From contig CAXXXD010000003.1 of the NCBI GenBank assembly GCA_963663385.2, forward strand, positions 1,504,001 to 1,568,000: DNA of 64,000 nucleotides. Reading direction: 5' to 3'. Position numbers and translations under genes: made by a program. The DNA is from Oceanispirochaeta sp. GTDB lineage: Bacteria; Spirochaetota; Spirochaetia; DSM-2461. The stretch's first letter is position 1; every line of letters begins with the position of its first letter. Of the stretch, positions 18,907 through 29,985 are shown in pieces. The notes below the pieces were generated by a model. That model did not search any database. It was not told the DNA's origin and worked only from the letters and a program-made list of their open reading frames with translations.

Positions 18907-20937
18907 ATGGCCTCACAGAAGATAAGAAATATAGGTATTATGGCTCATATTGATGCCGGAAAAACCACTACAACAGAGCGGATATTATACTACACAGGCA
19001 AAAGCCACAGGATCGGTGAGGTTGATGAGGGCAGCGCCACAATGGACTGGATGGAGCAGGAACAGAACCGCGGAATTACTATTGTTTCTGCTGCGACAAC
19101 CTGTTACTGGCAGGATCATCAGATTAATATTATCGACACTCCGGGCCACGTGGATTTTACTGCAGAGGTGGAACGCTCCCTGCGTGTTCTTGACGGGGCC
19201 GTAGCTGTCTTCTGCGCTGTTGGAGGTGTTGAGCCCCAATCTGAAACAGTCTGGCATCAGGCCGATAAATATAAAGTACCCCGGGTAGCGTTCATCAATA
19301 AAATGGACAGGATCGGGGCTGACTATTTTGAAGTAATCAAAGAGGTTGAAGAAAAACTGAAAGGGAATCCGGTTCCCATCCAGATTCCCATTGGTGCCGA
19401 ATCGGATTATGAAGGTAACATTGACCTGATTAAAATGAAGGAAATCCACTGGAATATAAATGATCAGGGAAGCAGCTTTGAATACAGGGATATCCGTGAC
19501 GGGTACCGGGATCTGGCGGAAACCTGGCGTGAGAACCTGATTGATAAACTGTCGGCCTATTCTGATGAAATAACAGAGCTTTTTCTCGAAGGAGAAGATG
19601 TCCCGGAAGAGCTGATACAGAAAGTCCTCCGCAGCGAAACGATCAATCAGAACGTTCTGCCAACGTTTGTCGGTTCTTCTCTTAAAAATAAGGGAGTACA
19701 GCCGGTTCTGGATTCTGTCGTCAGCTATCTGCCTGCTCCCGAAGACCTTCCTCCCGTGAAATGCTTTCACGCGAAGAAGGAGGAGTATATAGAGCTGGAG
19801 AGAAGCGAATCAGGTCCGCTGGCCGGTCTGATATTCAAGATTCAGCAGGATAAGGAAGCCGGTCCCCTTTGTTATGTCAGGATCTATTCGGGAGAACTTA
19901 AATCCGGAACGGCCGTAATGAACGTGAACAAGAAAAAAAGAGAGAGGGCAAACAGACTGCTCCGCATGCACTCCAACCATCATGAACAGATAACCAGAAT
20001 TTCAGCCGGTGATATTGCTGTCATTGTAGGTATGAAACTGGCTCAGACCGGTGATACCATAGGGTCGGAGGGATATCCTGTTCTTCTTGAGGAGATGGAC
20101 TTCCCCGAACCTGTTATCTCTGTTGCCATAGAACCTAAAACCATCAGCGACCAGGATAAACTCAGGAACGTACTGGAAACCCTTCAGAAAGAAGACCCGA
20201 CCTTCAAAGTCAAGGAAAATAATGAGACGGGACAGCTGATAATCTCGGGGATGGGAGAACTTCACCTGGATGTCCTTGTAACCAGGATTATGGACGATTA
20301 CAAAGTAGCTGCCAATATCGGGAATCCCCAGGTATCCTACAGGGAATCCATTGCGGATACGGTTACTCATAAGGAAGAATTTCACAGAACCCTTGCGGGG
20401 AAAGAGAACGATGCCGTAATTACCCTTAAAGTCGAACCCCTGTCCCGGGGGGAAGGCAATAAATTCACCAGTGATGTTCCCAAAAACAGGCTGCCTCTGG
20501 AATACCAGCAGGCTGTAGAAAGAGGCGTTCTGAATGCCATGCAGTCCGGTACCCTGATGGGTTATGCCACAATTGATATCAAGGCAACTCTTGTAGATGC
20601 GGAATATAGCGAAATGAGTTCTACCGAACTGGCCTTTGAAACGGCGGGAGCTCTGGGGTTTGACAATGCCTGTCGTTCTGCTTCTCCTGTACTTCTTGAG
20701 CCGGTTATGCATATTGATGTAATGTGCCCGGCCGAATATGTTGGAGACGTTATCAGCCAGTTAACCCAGAGAGGCGGGATGGTTAACTCCCTGGAGTCCA
20801 GACCGGCTTTTGAGATTGTAAAGGCACAGGCTCCCATGGTCAGCATGTTCGGGTATACCACATCATTGAGGAGCCAAACCCAGGGAAGGGGAACATTTGC
20901 CATGGAATTTTCTCATTTTGCGGCAAAGACGGATTAA
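18907..20937 (+). CDS. fusA: Elongation factor G paralogue (spirochaete EF-G2/recycling type)
   Basis: [33 protein letters not shown]; domain IV tip loops non-canonical. Confidence 0.93.
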   Translation: MASQKIRNIGIMAHIDAGKTTTTERILYYTGKSHRIGEVDEGSATMDWMEQEQNRGITIVSAATTCYWQDHQINIIDTPGHVDFTAEVERSLRVLDGAVAVFCAVGGVEPQSETVWHQADKYKVPRVAFINKMDRIGADYFEVIKEVEEKLKGNPVPIQIPIGAESDYEGNIDLIKMKEIHWNINDQGSSFEYRDIRDGYRDLAETWRENLIDKLSAYSDEITELFLEGEDVPEELIQKVLRSETINQNVLPTFVGSSLKNKGVQPVLDSVVSYLPAPEDLPPVKCFHAKKEEYIELERSESGPLAGLIFKIQQDKEAGPLCYVRIYSGELKSGTAVMNVNKKKRERANRLLRMHSNHHEQITRISAGDIAVIVGMKLAQTGDTIGSEGYPVLLEEMDFPEPVISVAIEPKTISDQDKLRNVLETLQKEDPTFKVKENNETGQLIISGMGELHLDVLVTRIMDDYKVAANIGNPQVSYRESIADTVTHKEEFHRTLAGKENDAVITLKVEPLSRGEGNKFTSDVPKNRLPLEYQQAVERGVLNAMQSGTLMGYATIDIKATLVDAEYSEMSSTELAFETAGALGFDNACRSASPVLLEPVMHIDVMCPAEYVGDVISQLTQRGGMVNSLESRPAFEIVKAQAPMVSMFGYTTSLRSQTQGRGTFAMEFSHFAAKTD

Positions 20938-20993
20938 TCGAACCCCCTCTTCTCGCATGCTCTAATTATTTTCATATACTGAAAGGAAAAATT

Positions 20994-21024
20994 AAAAACC
21001 GTATCTTCCATGGTACGGTTTTTT
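20994..21024 (+). terminator. Intrinsic terminator between the two EF-G genes
   Basis: AAAAACCGTATC-TTCCAT-GGTACGGTTTTTT. Confidence 0.75.
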
Positions 21025-21147
21025 CTTGCGCGGAAAACGCCATAAGAGAACGGTCTTTCATGAGAAAAATGTTAATTTCATTTGACGTTTCAGAAAATCA
21101 GGTCCTATGATGAAAGTAACATTTTTCCAAATCAAGGAGGATCTAAG

Positions 21148-23208
21148 GTGGCTTTTACAACCGATACCATCAGAAATATTGCAGTCTGCGGACATGGCGA
21201 CACAGGAAAAACAACCCTGGTTGAACAGATTTTGTTTAATGCCGGCGTAATCAGTAAAGCGGAGACAGTTGATTCAGGTCGGACTGTCAGTGATTTTACA
21301 GACGAAGAGATTGAAAAGAAAATTTCCATCCATTCCTCTCTTACCAACGTGGTTTGGAAAGACAGAAAGATTAACATTTTCGATACCCCCGGTGCTTCAG
21401 ACTTTGTCGGTGAAGTTGTTTCATCTTTCAGGGCTGCAGAATCGGCGGTTATGCTTATAGGCGGACGTTCGGGTGTACAGATTGAAACTGTGAAACTGTG
21501 GAGACGGCTCGATGCCAGAGATATGCCCCGGATAGCTTTTATTAACAAGATGGAAAAGACCAGGGCAGATTTTTATAAAGTCCTGGAAGATTTGAAGGAT
21601 TTCCAGATTACTGCGATTCCCCTGACGATCCCCATGGGACAGGCTGAAGAGTATCAGGGCGTTATTAACCTGATGAATATGAAAGCATACAGGAAAGACG
21701 GTGGCGGTAAAGAAGAGAATGCCATTGAAATTCCTGATGAATATAAAAAGATTGCGGAAGAATATCATCTCAAGATGATAGAGATGGCAGCTGAGGGTGA
21801 CGACGAACTGACAGAAAAATATTTCGACCAGGGGAACCTGACAGTAGAGGAAGCAATTAAAGGTTTGCGGGAAGGACTCTTTGACAACCGGTTTGTTCCG
21901 GTTTTTTGCGGAAGCGCCGTTGATAATTCGGGAATCACCCCGCTTATGGACTTTATATCCCTTGAATCCCCGGCTCCCGGAAGAGTGGAAGAACCCTGTA
22001 TTTCCGGTGAAAAATCCCATATGATTTCTCAGGATGGTGAGTTTTCAGGAATTGTCTTCAAAACCATGATTGATAAGTTTGCCGGCAGAATGTCCTATAT
22101 AAAGGTTATCTCCGGGATACTGAAACCGGGAACGGAAGTTTTCAACTCCCGGGAGGAAAAGAAAGAGAGAATCGGAAAGATTTTCCTTTGCGAAGGGAAG
22201 GAACTGAAGGAAACAAACGAAGTTTGTGCAGGTGATATCGCTGTTATTACAAAGATTGAAACCCTTAAAACAAATGATACACTCTGCCAGCCAAATGATG
22301 TGATCCATTATAAATCACTGGCCCTCCCCCACCCGGTCTACTCCCTGGCAATTAATGCAGAAAAACAGAAGGAGGAGGACAAGATGGCGGCTCAACTTCA
22401 TAAGGTCGCCGAAGAAGACTTGACTTTTACCATCAATTACAATGAGGAAACCAGGGAAACGGTTATTTCCGGAATGGGAGAACTGCATATTAATATTATC
22501 CTGGAAAAGCTCCTGAAGAACTACAAAATCAATGTTAACCGCAGGGTTCCCAAAGTTCCCTACAGGGAAACGATCAGTGCTCCTGCAGAAGCAGAATACA
22601 CTCACAAGAAACAGTCTGGAGGACACGGTCAGTACGGTAAGGTCTGTATCCGTATCAAGCCACTGGAGAGAGGTGAGTTCTTCAGCCTGACCAATGATAT
22701 AAAGGGAGGCTCCATCAGCAAGGGTTACATGCCCGGTATTGAAAAGGGTCTCCTGGAAGGTATGCAGGAAGGATATATAGCAGGTTATCCCCTGAGAGAT
22801 ATTGGCGTTTCCGTATATGACGGTAAGGAACACCCCGTAGATTCATCGGAAATGGCTTTTAAACTGGCAGCCAAACATGCTCTGAAGGAAGCCGTGGGAA
22901 AATCCAAACCGACCCTCCTGGAACCTATTATGAATCTGACGGTTTTTGTGGAAGATCAGTATCTGGGAGATGTGCTATCCGACCTTTCCACCAAAAGAGG
23001 ACGCGTTTCCAATCAGAAAGCGATCGGCGGCGGCATTCAGTCCATAGAAGCACAGGTTCCCCAGGGAGAACTGATGCGCTATAGTATTGATCTTAAGTCA
23101 ATGACATCCGGAACTGGTGCATTCGAAGTGGAATTCAGCCATTACGACCCTGTTGGAGGCAAAATATCACAGGATATAATAGCAGCCAGCAAGGCTGAAC
23201 AGGCATGA
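21148..23208 (+). CDS. Elongation factor G-like protein (EF-G II type, divergent GTPase centre)
   Basis: GHGDTGKTT, DTPGASDF, NKME, KKQSGGHGQYG, HPVDSSEMAF; GTG start at 21148 after AAGGAGG; upstream TTGACG-18 nt-TATGAT promoter-like. Confidence 0.92.
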   Translation: MAFTTDTIRNIAVCGHGDTGKTTLVEQILFNAGVISKAETVDSGRTVSDFTDEEIEKKISIHSSLTNVVWKDRKINIFDTPGASDFVGEVVSSFRAAESAVMLIGGRSGVQIETVKLWRRLDARDMPRIAFINKMEKTRADFYKVLEDLKDFQITAIPLTIPMGQAEEYQGVINLMNMKAYRKDGGGKEENAIEIPDEYKKIAEEYHLKMIEMAAEGDDELTEKYFDQGNLTVEEAIKGLREGLFDNRFVPVFCGSAVDNSGITPLMDFISLESPAPGRVEEPCISGEKSHMISQDGEFSGIVFKTMIDKFAGRMSYIKVISGILKPGTEVFNSREEKKERIGKIFLCEGKELKETNEVCAGDIAVITKIETLKTNDTLCQPNDVIHYKSLALPHPVYSLAINAEKQKEEDKMAAQLHKVAEEDLTFTINYNEETRETVISGMGELHINIILEKLLKNYKINVNRRVPKVPYRETISAPAEAEYTHKKQSGGHGQYGKVCIRIKPLERGEFFSLTNDIKGGSISKGYMPGIEKGLLEGMQEGYIAGYPLRDIGVSVYDGKEHPVDSSEMAFKLAAKHALKEAVGKSKPTLLEPIMNLTVFVEDQYLGDVLSDLSTKRGRVSNQKAIGGGIQSIEAQVPQGELMRYSIDLKSMTSGTGAFEVEFSHYDPVGGKISQDIIAASKAEQA

Positions 23209-23226
23209 AGCTGACCTAGGTTAATC

Positions 23227-23260
23227 AGACAGCCCTCAAAAGGGGCTGTCTTTTTTTTTT
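23227..23260 (+). terminator. Intrinsic terminator
   Basis: AGACAGCCC-TCAAAAG-GGGCTGTCT followed by a long T run. Confidence 0.9.
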
Positions 23261-24997
23261 TTACCCGTTACCGCTGTATCTATCTTCAAGCAGATCCGGA
23301 AGATAGCCGTATTCCATTTGCATATTGATTTCGGAACTGGAAAGAATGGTTTCAAGAAGAGAAACGGAGTTTTTCCGGTCATGCAGCAGGACAACGCCTC
23401 CGGAACCTGGCAGGATCAGCTCCCTGACGTGATCGAAAATCCTGCTGTTCTGCCAATACCCTTTTTCTGTGTAGGCATAATCGTATGTATCAAATTGAAG
23501 GGAGATCAGAAACATTGACCGGTCAATTAGAAGCTGATCCAGAACAGGAGTCCTCCCAGGTTCCGCATAGGGAGGGCGGATAAGTACTAGGGGATAATGA
23601 AAACCGAGAACCCTGTCCAGTTCCTGCTGTGTCAGATCGAATTCTTCTTCAACTTCTGAATAATCCCCTATTCCATCGGTAAAATGATCCCCGGCAAGAT
23701 TGTAATGGTGATAACTGTGATTACCTATAATATGCCCTTCCCGTATCATCCGCATAAGCAGCATACGCAGTTGCCGGTCCTTTTCCTCGGATTGAAAGGC
23801 GAGGTTTTTCCCATTAATAAAGAAGACTGCCCGGATCCGGTGATATGAGAGGATATCCAGGATAGAGGAAGTGACCGATTTAACACTGCCGTGGTGCAGG
23901 ATCTCTTCCATATTCGGGCCGTCATCGAAAGTGAGATAGAGTTTATTATCAAACTCTTTTTCATACCAGAAGATCCCTCGTAGCCTGTTACCTGTATCGG
24001 GGATTTCTTTGATCCTTTTTATCGAATAAAGGGATGTCTGCCAGCTGAGTGATGCTGCCCTATATTCAAAACTCCCTCCGGACAGCCAGTCAGACTGATT
24101 CAATTCCCCGTATAAAGGCTCAGGTTCTTCTGCCGAATAAGGAAACCCCGGTCTGTTTAGCGGCAGGGCGTGGCTATAGAGACTTAACAGAATACCAAAG
24201 AAAATCAGAGAAAAGGAATATACCGGCACAAAACTGTAACTCCTGCCCAGAACATCTGAGATCTGCTGTCCCTGTTTCCGCAGCGAATCTATCAGGATTT
24301 TTCGTCGTCTCTGATACCTGCAACGATAGTACAGTAACCGTCTGCTACGGATCCGGCCTGATTTATCCTGTTTCCGTTTATGAGGAGAGATATTTTCTGC
24401 GAGGGGGATCTCTTTCAGGAAACGTACTGTTTTACAGTGAAAAATACTTTTTTTTATCAGGGGGGGGCTTTTTAAAAAAGAGAGTCTGTTTTTTCTGCTC
24501 CACTCCTGATAGAGAGACAGGGAATCCAGCTCCGGAGAAGAAAAACAGGTGAAAAACCAGCCTGTTCTCCTGTTCTGCCAAACCGGAAGAAACAAGGACA
24601 GTATCTCTTCCCGAATAAAAATAAATGGCAGTTTTTTCAGATGAGAAAGAAAAGATTCAAAATCCTCTCCACTGCCGATTTCAATCCTGATCCACCCCTT
24701 ATTAATATTCCGGATAAGGGAAGAGGGAAAATGGAAAAAATCCCGCTCCGTGCTGACAATCCATATCTCAACAGGGAAACCGGGACGTATCCCGATGGGA
24801 TAATAATAGGTCTCTATTGCATTGAGCCAGTCAGCTGTAAAACGATCAATCGTATTTTTTACGGAATTGTTATTAATAAAATCGTCCTGCAGCTGAGCGA
24901 TAAGATTCTGAAGCAGGGTCTTCAGATTCTGTTCCCGAATATCCGAACGGGAAAAGTGGAAAATCTGGGGCTTTTTATCCTGAATCTCCGGGTTCAT
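23261..24997 (-). CDS. Membrane-anchored polysaccharide deacetylase (NodB/CE4) with long N-terminal extension
   Basis: LTFDDGP, GNHSYHH, RPPY, LLHD motifs; TM segment near residues 255-278. Confidence 0.8.
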   Translation of the reverse strand: MNPEIQDKKPQIFHFSRSDIREQNLKTLLQNLIAQLQDDFINNNSVKNTIDRFTADWLNAIETYYYPIGIRPGFPVEIWIVSTERDFFHFPSSLIRNINKGWIRIEIGSGEDFESFLSHLKKLPFIFIREEILSLFLPVWQNRRTGWFFTCFSSPELDSLSLYQEWSRKNRLSFLKSPPLIKKSIFHCKTVRFLKEIPLAENISPHKRKQDKSGRIRSRRLLYYRCRYQRRRKILIDSLRKQGQQISDVLGRSYSFVPVYSFSLIFFGILLSLYSHALPLNRPGFPYSAEEPEPLYGELNQSDWLSGGSFEYRAASLSWQTSLYSIKRIKEIPDTGNRLRGIFWYEKEFDNKLYLTFDDGPNMEEILHHGSVKSVTSSILDILSYHRIRAVFFINGKNLAFQSEEKDRQLRMLLMRMIREGHIIGNHSYHHYNLAGDHFTDGIGDYSEVEEEFDLTQQELDRVLGFHYPLVLIRPPYAEPGRTPVLDQLLIDRSMFLISLQFDTYDYAYTEKGYWQNSRIFDHVRELILPGSGGVVLLHDRKNSVSLLETILSSSEINMQMEYGYLPDLLEDRYSGNG

Positions 24998-25037
24998 CAG
25001 CTTATTCTAATGATTTCCGGAAGATTCAGGAAGATGG

Positions 25038-26399
25038 TCAGGAACGATCTTTGAGTTCGGAATAGGGGATTTTGGGAGAAACGCTCTTATAAGCGGGACG
25101 GATGATTCTTCCTCCGCTTACAATTTCCTCAACCCTGTGAGCACACCAGCCGGGAATCCGGGCTATGGCAAAGATCGGCGTATACAGATCTTCAGGAATA
25201 TTCAGTATACTGTAAACAAATCCCGAGTAAAAATCCACATTGGCACAAAGGGGTTTGTCATTGTTCCTTATTTTGTGAAAAAGCTCAGGTGTGACACGTT
25301 CGATAATGGCGTACAGCTCAAACTCGTCCATCCGTCCCGACTCTTTGGCCAGGGCTTCCGCTTTTTCCTTCAGGATTTCCGCACGGGGATCGGAAAGAGT
25401 ATAAACCGCATGCCCCATTCCATAGATCAGTCCCTTTTTGTCAAAAGCATCCTTTCTGAGTATGCGGGACAAATAGGCTTTAATCTCTTCTTCATCGGAC
25501 CAGTCTTTTACATTGGCCTTGATATCATCCATCATCCGCGCCACCTGAATATTGGCGCCGCCGTGCAGAGGTCCCTTAAGGGCACCTATGGCCGCAGCTA
25601 TGGCGCTGTATGTATCGGTACCGGAAGAAGAAACAACATGGGTCGAAAAGGCAGAGTTGTTTCCGCCTCCGTGTTCAGCATGGAGGACAAGGGACAGGTC
25701 CAGGATTTCCGCTTCCAGTTTGGTATACTTCTTATCAAAACGAATCATCCTCAACAGGTTTTCCGCGGTACTGAGCTTGGGATCAGGTTTATGCAGAAAA
25801 AGGCTTTCCCCGTTATGATAGTGGGCCTTGGCCTGATAGGCATAGGCGGCCATGGTGGGAAGCTGGGCTATCAGTTCGACACTCTGTCTCAGGATATTGA
25901 TAACAGAAGTATCATCGGCCAGCTCGTCCCATGAATAGGCAGCCAGTACACTCCGGGCAATTTTATTCATAATACTGTTGCTGGGGGCTTTCAGAATCAT
26001 ATCCTCGGTAAACTGATCGGGCAGTTCCCGCATTTCTCCCAGTCTTTCACGGAACAGATCCAGTTCATCTTTCGGAGGCAGGTAGCCAAAAAGCAGAAGA
26101 AAGATGGTTTCCTCAAAACCGAATCGGCCATCCTTCTGGAAACCTTTTGCCAGTTCCTTGACATCAATCCCCCGGTAGCGTAAAACACCATTTACGGGAA
26201 TTTTATCCCCTTCTTCCATCATATAACCGTGAACGTCTCCGATTTCGGTTAAACCGACCAGGACACCTCTGCCGTCCCGGTGCCGGAGTCCCCTCTTTAC
26301 GTCATATCGTTCATAGAGATCAAGAGGGATTTTATTATGGGTATCCATGATTCCCGAGTACTTCTTCAGAAACTGTTCGTTCATTTCGCTTTTAATCAT
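25038..26399 (-). CDS. gltA: Citrate (or 2-methylcitrate) synthase
   Basis: HAEHGGGNNS, GPLHGGAN, GMGHAVY..SDPR, NVDFYSG. Confidence 0.93.
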   Translation of the reverse strand: MIKSEMNEQFLKKYSGIMDTHNKIPLDLYERYDVKRGLRHRDGRGVLVGLTEIGDVHGYMMEEGDKIPVNGVLRYRGIDVKELAKGFQKDGRFGFEETIFLLLFGYLPPKDELDLFRERLGEMRELPDQFTEDMILKAPSNSIMNKIARSVLAAYSWDELADDTSVINILRQSVELIAQLPTMAAYAYQAKAHYHNGESLFLHKPDPKLSTAENLLRMIRFDKKYTKLEAEILDLSLVLHAEHGGGNNSAFSTHVVSSSGTDTYSAIAAAIGALKGPLHGGANIQVARMMDDIKANVKDWSDEEEIKAYLSRILRKDAFDKKGLIYGMGHAVYTLSDPRAEILKEKAEALAKESGRMDEFELYAIIERVTPELFHKIRNNDKPLCANVDFYSGFVYSILNIPEDLYTPIFAIARIPGWCAHRVEEIVSGGRIIRPAYKSVSPKIPYSELKDRS

Positions 26400-26437
26400 A
26401 TTTACCTCCCAAATGATTCTGTTCCAGGAGCCGATAT

Positions 26438-27106
26438 TTACTTTATAAACATCAGCTCATAAATGGAATGCGATTTTTCTTTGCCTTTTCGTTCAAACTT
26501 GGTTCCGGGACGCCAGTCCTGCGGTTCAGCATAGGCAGAGTACCTGTTATTAAGGTTGCTGCGGTTCAGTACGTCCAGCATATGCTCTGCATAGTTTTCC
26601 CAATCAGTAACAGCGTATAAATACCCGCCGGGTTTTAGTTTCTCCGTCAGTCTGCCTACAAATTCATCCTGAATAAGGCGCCTTTTGTGATGCTTCTTTT
26701 TAGGCCAGGGATCCGGAAAGAATATATGGAATCCCGCAATACTATCAGAGGGGATCATCCTGTCCAGGACTTCAACGGCATCGTGCTCGATTACTCTGAG
26801 ATTCCTGAGGCCATACTGTTCTACTTGATATAATAGTTTGCCCACACCAGGTTTGTGGACTTCTATTCCCAGATAGGATTTATCCGGGTTATCCCGGGCA
26901 ATCTGCCAGGTAGCATCCCCCATACCGAAACCGATCTCAATTGTCAGAGATTCCCTGCCATCCAGAAGTACATCTTCACTCAGGACCCGATCCTGATAGG
27001 ATACTGAAAACTGATCCAGTAAAGTATCATAAGCCTTCTGCTGTGCCGGACTCATACGACCGGCTCTTAATACATAACTCTTTATTACTTTGAGTTTCTT
27101 GTCCAT
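26438..27106 (-). CDS. trmB: tRNA (guanine-N7)-methyltransferase
   Basis: EIGFGMG, GIEVH, FPDPWPKKKHHKRRL, TDWENYA, TKFE. Confidence 0.96.
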   Translation of the reverse strand: MDKKLKVIKSYVLRAGRMSPAQQKAYDTLLDQFSVSYQDRVLSEDVLLDGRESLTIEIGFGMGDATWQIARDNPDKSYLGIEVHKPGVGKLLYQVEQYGLRNLRVIEHDAVEVLDRMIPSDSIAGFHIFFPDPWPKKKHHKRRLIQDEFVGRLTEKLKPGGYLYAVTDWENYAEHMLDVLNRSNLNNRYSAYAEPQDWRPGTKFERKGKEKSHSIYELMFIK

Positions 27107-27273
27107 GCTGCCAAATATAGATCAACCTGTTCTGTTTGACAAGCAGCAGATATATGAATATTTATACAAACAATACCCGTATTTTTGTATTATTATTTAT
27201 TTATTATTCCATTTTGTCAATACTTATGTAAATTATTGCTGATTGAGACTGTTTATTGGATTAGTATATAGAT

Positions 27274-29982
27274 ATGAAATTTTTTCCGCCCCTGATATAC
27301 CTCATCCTTATTCCTGTTCTCTCGCTTTTTCCTAAAGAAATGGAAGGGGTAGTAATCAGAGTGGGGACATTTTCAAAGACAGTCCCCTATATTATCCCCT
27401 ATGAAAACGGAACAGGTTTTTATGGTATAGAAAATGATATAATATCTCTGCTTGAGAAAAAACTGAATACCAGAATTGAACTGATACAGGGAAAAAGAGA
27501 AGAGCTTCTATCTGGATTTGATAATAGACATGTCTCCGCCCTTCTTGTACAGAGCGATGAATTCGATCTTCCGGAGGGCTACCTGAAATCTGAAAAGATA
27601 CTGGATTTACCTCTTGCTGTTTTCAGTCAGGATCACAGTATCTATCAGTTGAGGATTAATCAGTTTCCCAACAGCAGGATCGGTATTTCACAGCAATCCG
27701 ATGCAGCCAAAGCCTATATGAAAAGTCTGAATATCCCCTATAGATCTTTTCCCGATACAGAGAAAGGACTCTATAGACTATCCCGCGGTGAAATTGACTT
27801 TTTCCTGGATGACCTTTTCCATACAAAATACCAGGCTGATAACCAGAATTTGAAGCTCAGTATAAAAGGAATCATAGAAAATGAAAAATCCCATTACATT
27901 CTGATTTTTCCTCCTGAGTCAACTGTTCTCAGAAATCAGTTTAATTTTGCCATAAACCAAATCAGGAAAGATGAATCCTATTCCATAAGGAACCGATGGA
28001 TTGGGCTGTATCCCACTCAGAGGTTTGATCAGATGAAATTCAGCAGCCGGGAAATCTCCTGGATGGAGGAAAATCCGGAGGTCCTTTATAAAGGCGAATC
28101 ATCCATGGGGCCGATTCTCTTCGAACAGAACAATAATTATGTTGGTATAGTCGCCGATATTCTCAGGATAATTACTGACCAGACCTCGATCAGGTTCACC
28201 CCCGTCAACGACAAGAAACTGCCAAATCCTCTATCGGATAAATCTGCATTTGAAAATGTGATCTTACCCATGACCACTTTTGATGATACGGATCTTGCGG
28301 ATTATCACTTCAGCGATCCCTATCTGACTATACCCAATGTTATTTTTGCCCGAAAAAACGACAGGATTTATATAGATAATATTTATGAAATGACCAACCG
28401 GAAAATTATCCTGGTAAAAGGGATGGGTGTTAATCGGTATATGATGAATAAATACCCGGAAATGGATTTTATTCAGGTCAATACGGTCAGAGAAGCACTC
28501 CGTGCCCTGATTCAGTCCAAAGCGGATTTTTATGTGGGAGACATGATAACCGGCAGCTATTATATTAATAAAGCAGGATACAACCAGCTGAGTATGGTAG
28601 GAGAAATCAAGCACGATATGGAGCTGCGTATTGCTGTTCCCGATGAAATGAGCACACTTGTCCCCATACTGAACAGAGCCCTCAAGCAGATATCACCGGG
28701 TGAAAATACATCCATTATCCAGAAATGGACATCTCTGAGACTGGAAGATTCGATCAATTACTCCCTCCTGGGTCAGATTCTGATAGTTTTTACCGTAATC
28801 ATCATGATTATTCTTATCTGGAACAGGAAACTGAAGCTGGAGATTCAGGAGAGGGAGAGATCGGAAGAAGCCCTCCGTTACAGCGAACACAAGTCCCGGG
28901 AAGCGGAAGAGGTTTCAAGAATTGCCCGGGAAAAAGCGGAGCGGCTGGCGGTAATGGCCGAGGATGCCAGCAAGGCGAAATCCCAGTTTCTGGCCAATAT
29001 GTCTCATGAGATCAGGACGCCCCTCAACTCGATAATCGGTTTTTCCGAGCTCCTTGAGACCACAGAGACCTCACCGATACAGAAGCAGTATCTGGATTCG
29101 GTCAAGACTTCCGCAGAAGTCCTGCTTGTTCTGATCAACGATGTTCTGGACCTGTCCAAGATTGAAGCGGGAAAGACAAAAATCAACACAGCTCCTGTAA
29201 AACTTTCAAAAATCTTCAATGACATGAAAGTCATATTTTCACAGAGAGCAGAAGATAAAGGATTGAATTTCCGTTTTATCGAAACGGAAGAGCTGGAATA
29301 TGATTTTTTACTGGATATGCTTCGAATTGAACAGATTTTAATGAACCTTATTGGAAACTCCCTGAAATTCACCGAATCCGGTTTTATTTCAATCTCGGCC
29401 CGTTTTAAAAGACTGGACCATTCGGATAACTATGATATTACTCTCATTGTGGCTGATTCCGGAATCGGAATAAAAGAGGATCAGAGAGACAAGATATTCC
29501 ACTTGTTTGAACAGTCTGACAATCAGGATACCCGAAAATTCGGGGGAACCGGACTAGGCTTGGGGATTTCAAATAAACTGGTGGAATTAATGAACGGTTC
29601 CATTCATGTAGACAGCCTTTACGGCAAGGGTTCTGTATTTTCAGTCAACCTTCCCAAAGTCCCCTGTGTAGGAAAAGGGATGCCTGCAGGTGAGACTCCG
29701 GATTCTTTAAACCTCTCCGTGGAATCGGGATTAAAAAATAGGGATAACCGGAAACTGATAACAGACAGGGATCTGGTTTGTCGATGGATCAAAGTCAGAG
29801 ACAGCGGCGATCCCGAAGCTATCAGGAATTACTGCCATAAACTCCTGCTCCTGCGGGAAGTGCGGGAATTCCCGTCAGCAGTGAATACCATGCAGAGCAT
29901 GATAAAGGCTGCGGAAGAGTATAACCTGGACAGGATACTTTTGCTATCCAATCAGATGAACGATTATTTTGCGGAGACATAG
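27274..29982 (+). CDS. BvgS/EvgS-like sensor histidine kinase with two periplasmic solute-binding domains
   Basis: Signal peptide, two PBPb-like domains, TM, AKSQFLANMSHEIRTPL, GGTGLGL; no receiver domain recognised. Confidence 0.9.
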   Translation: MKFFPPLIYLILIPVLSLFPKEMEGVVIRVGTFSKTVPYIIPYENGTGFYGIENDIISLLEKKLNTRIELIQGKREELLSGFDNRHVSALLVQSDEFDLPEGYLKSEKILDLPLAVFSQDHSIYQLRINQFPNSRIGISQQSDAAKAYMKSLNIPYRSFPDTEKGLYRLSRGEIDFFLDDLFHTKYQADNQNLKLSIKGIIENEKSHYILIFPPESTVLRNQFNFAINQIRKDESYSIRNRWIGLYPTQRFDQMKFSSREISWMEENPEVLYKGESSMGPILFEQNNNYVGIVADILRIITDQTSIRFTPVNDKKLPNPLSDKSAFENVILPMTTFDDTDLADYHFSDPYLTIPNVIFARKNDRIYIDNIYEMTNRKIILVKGMGVNRYMMNKYPEMDFIQVNTVREALRALIQSKADFYVGDMITGSYYINKAGYNQLSMVGEIKHDMELRIAVPDEMSTLVPILNRALKQISPGENTSIIQKWTSLRLEDSINYSLLGQILIVFTVIIMIILIWNRKLKLEIQERERSEEALRYSEHKSREAEEVSRIAREKAERLAVMAEDASKAKSQFLANMSHEIRTPLNSIIGFSELLETTETSPIQKQYLDSVKTSAEVLLVLINDVLDLSKIEAGKTKINTAPVKLSKIFNDMKVIFSQRAEDKGLNFRFIETEELEYDFLLDMLRIEQILMNLIGNSLKFTESGFISISARFKRLDHSDNYDITLIVADSGIGIKEDQRDKIFHLFEQSDNQDTRKFGGTGLGLGISNKLVELMNGSIHVDSLYGKGSVFSVNLPKVPCVGKGMPAGETPDSLNLSVESGLKNRDNRKLITDRDLVCRWIKVRDSGDPEAIRNYCHKLLLLREVREFPSAVNTMQSMIKAAEEYNLDRILLLSNQMNDYFAET

Positions 29983-29985
29983 GGG

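Noticed and set aside
21082..21147. TTG start at 21082 for the second EF-G
   Set aside because: The TTG is part of a TTGACG -35-like box; GTG 21148 has a strong AAGGAGG RBS and matches EF-G N-termini.
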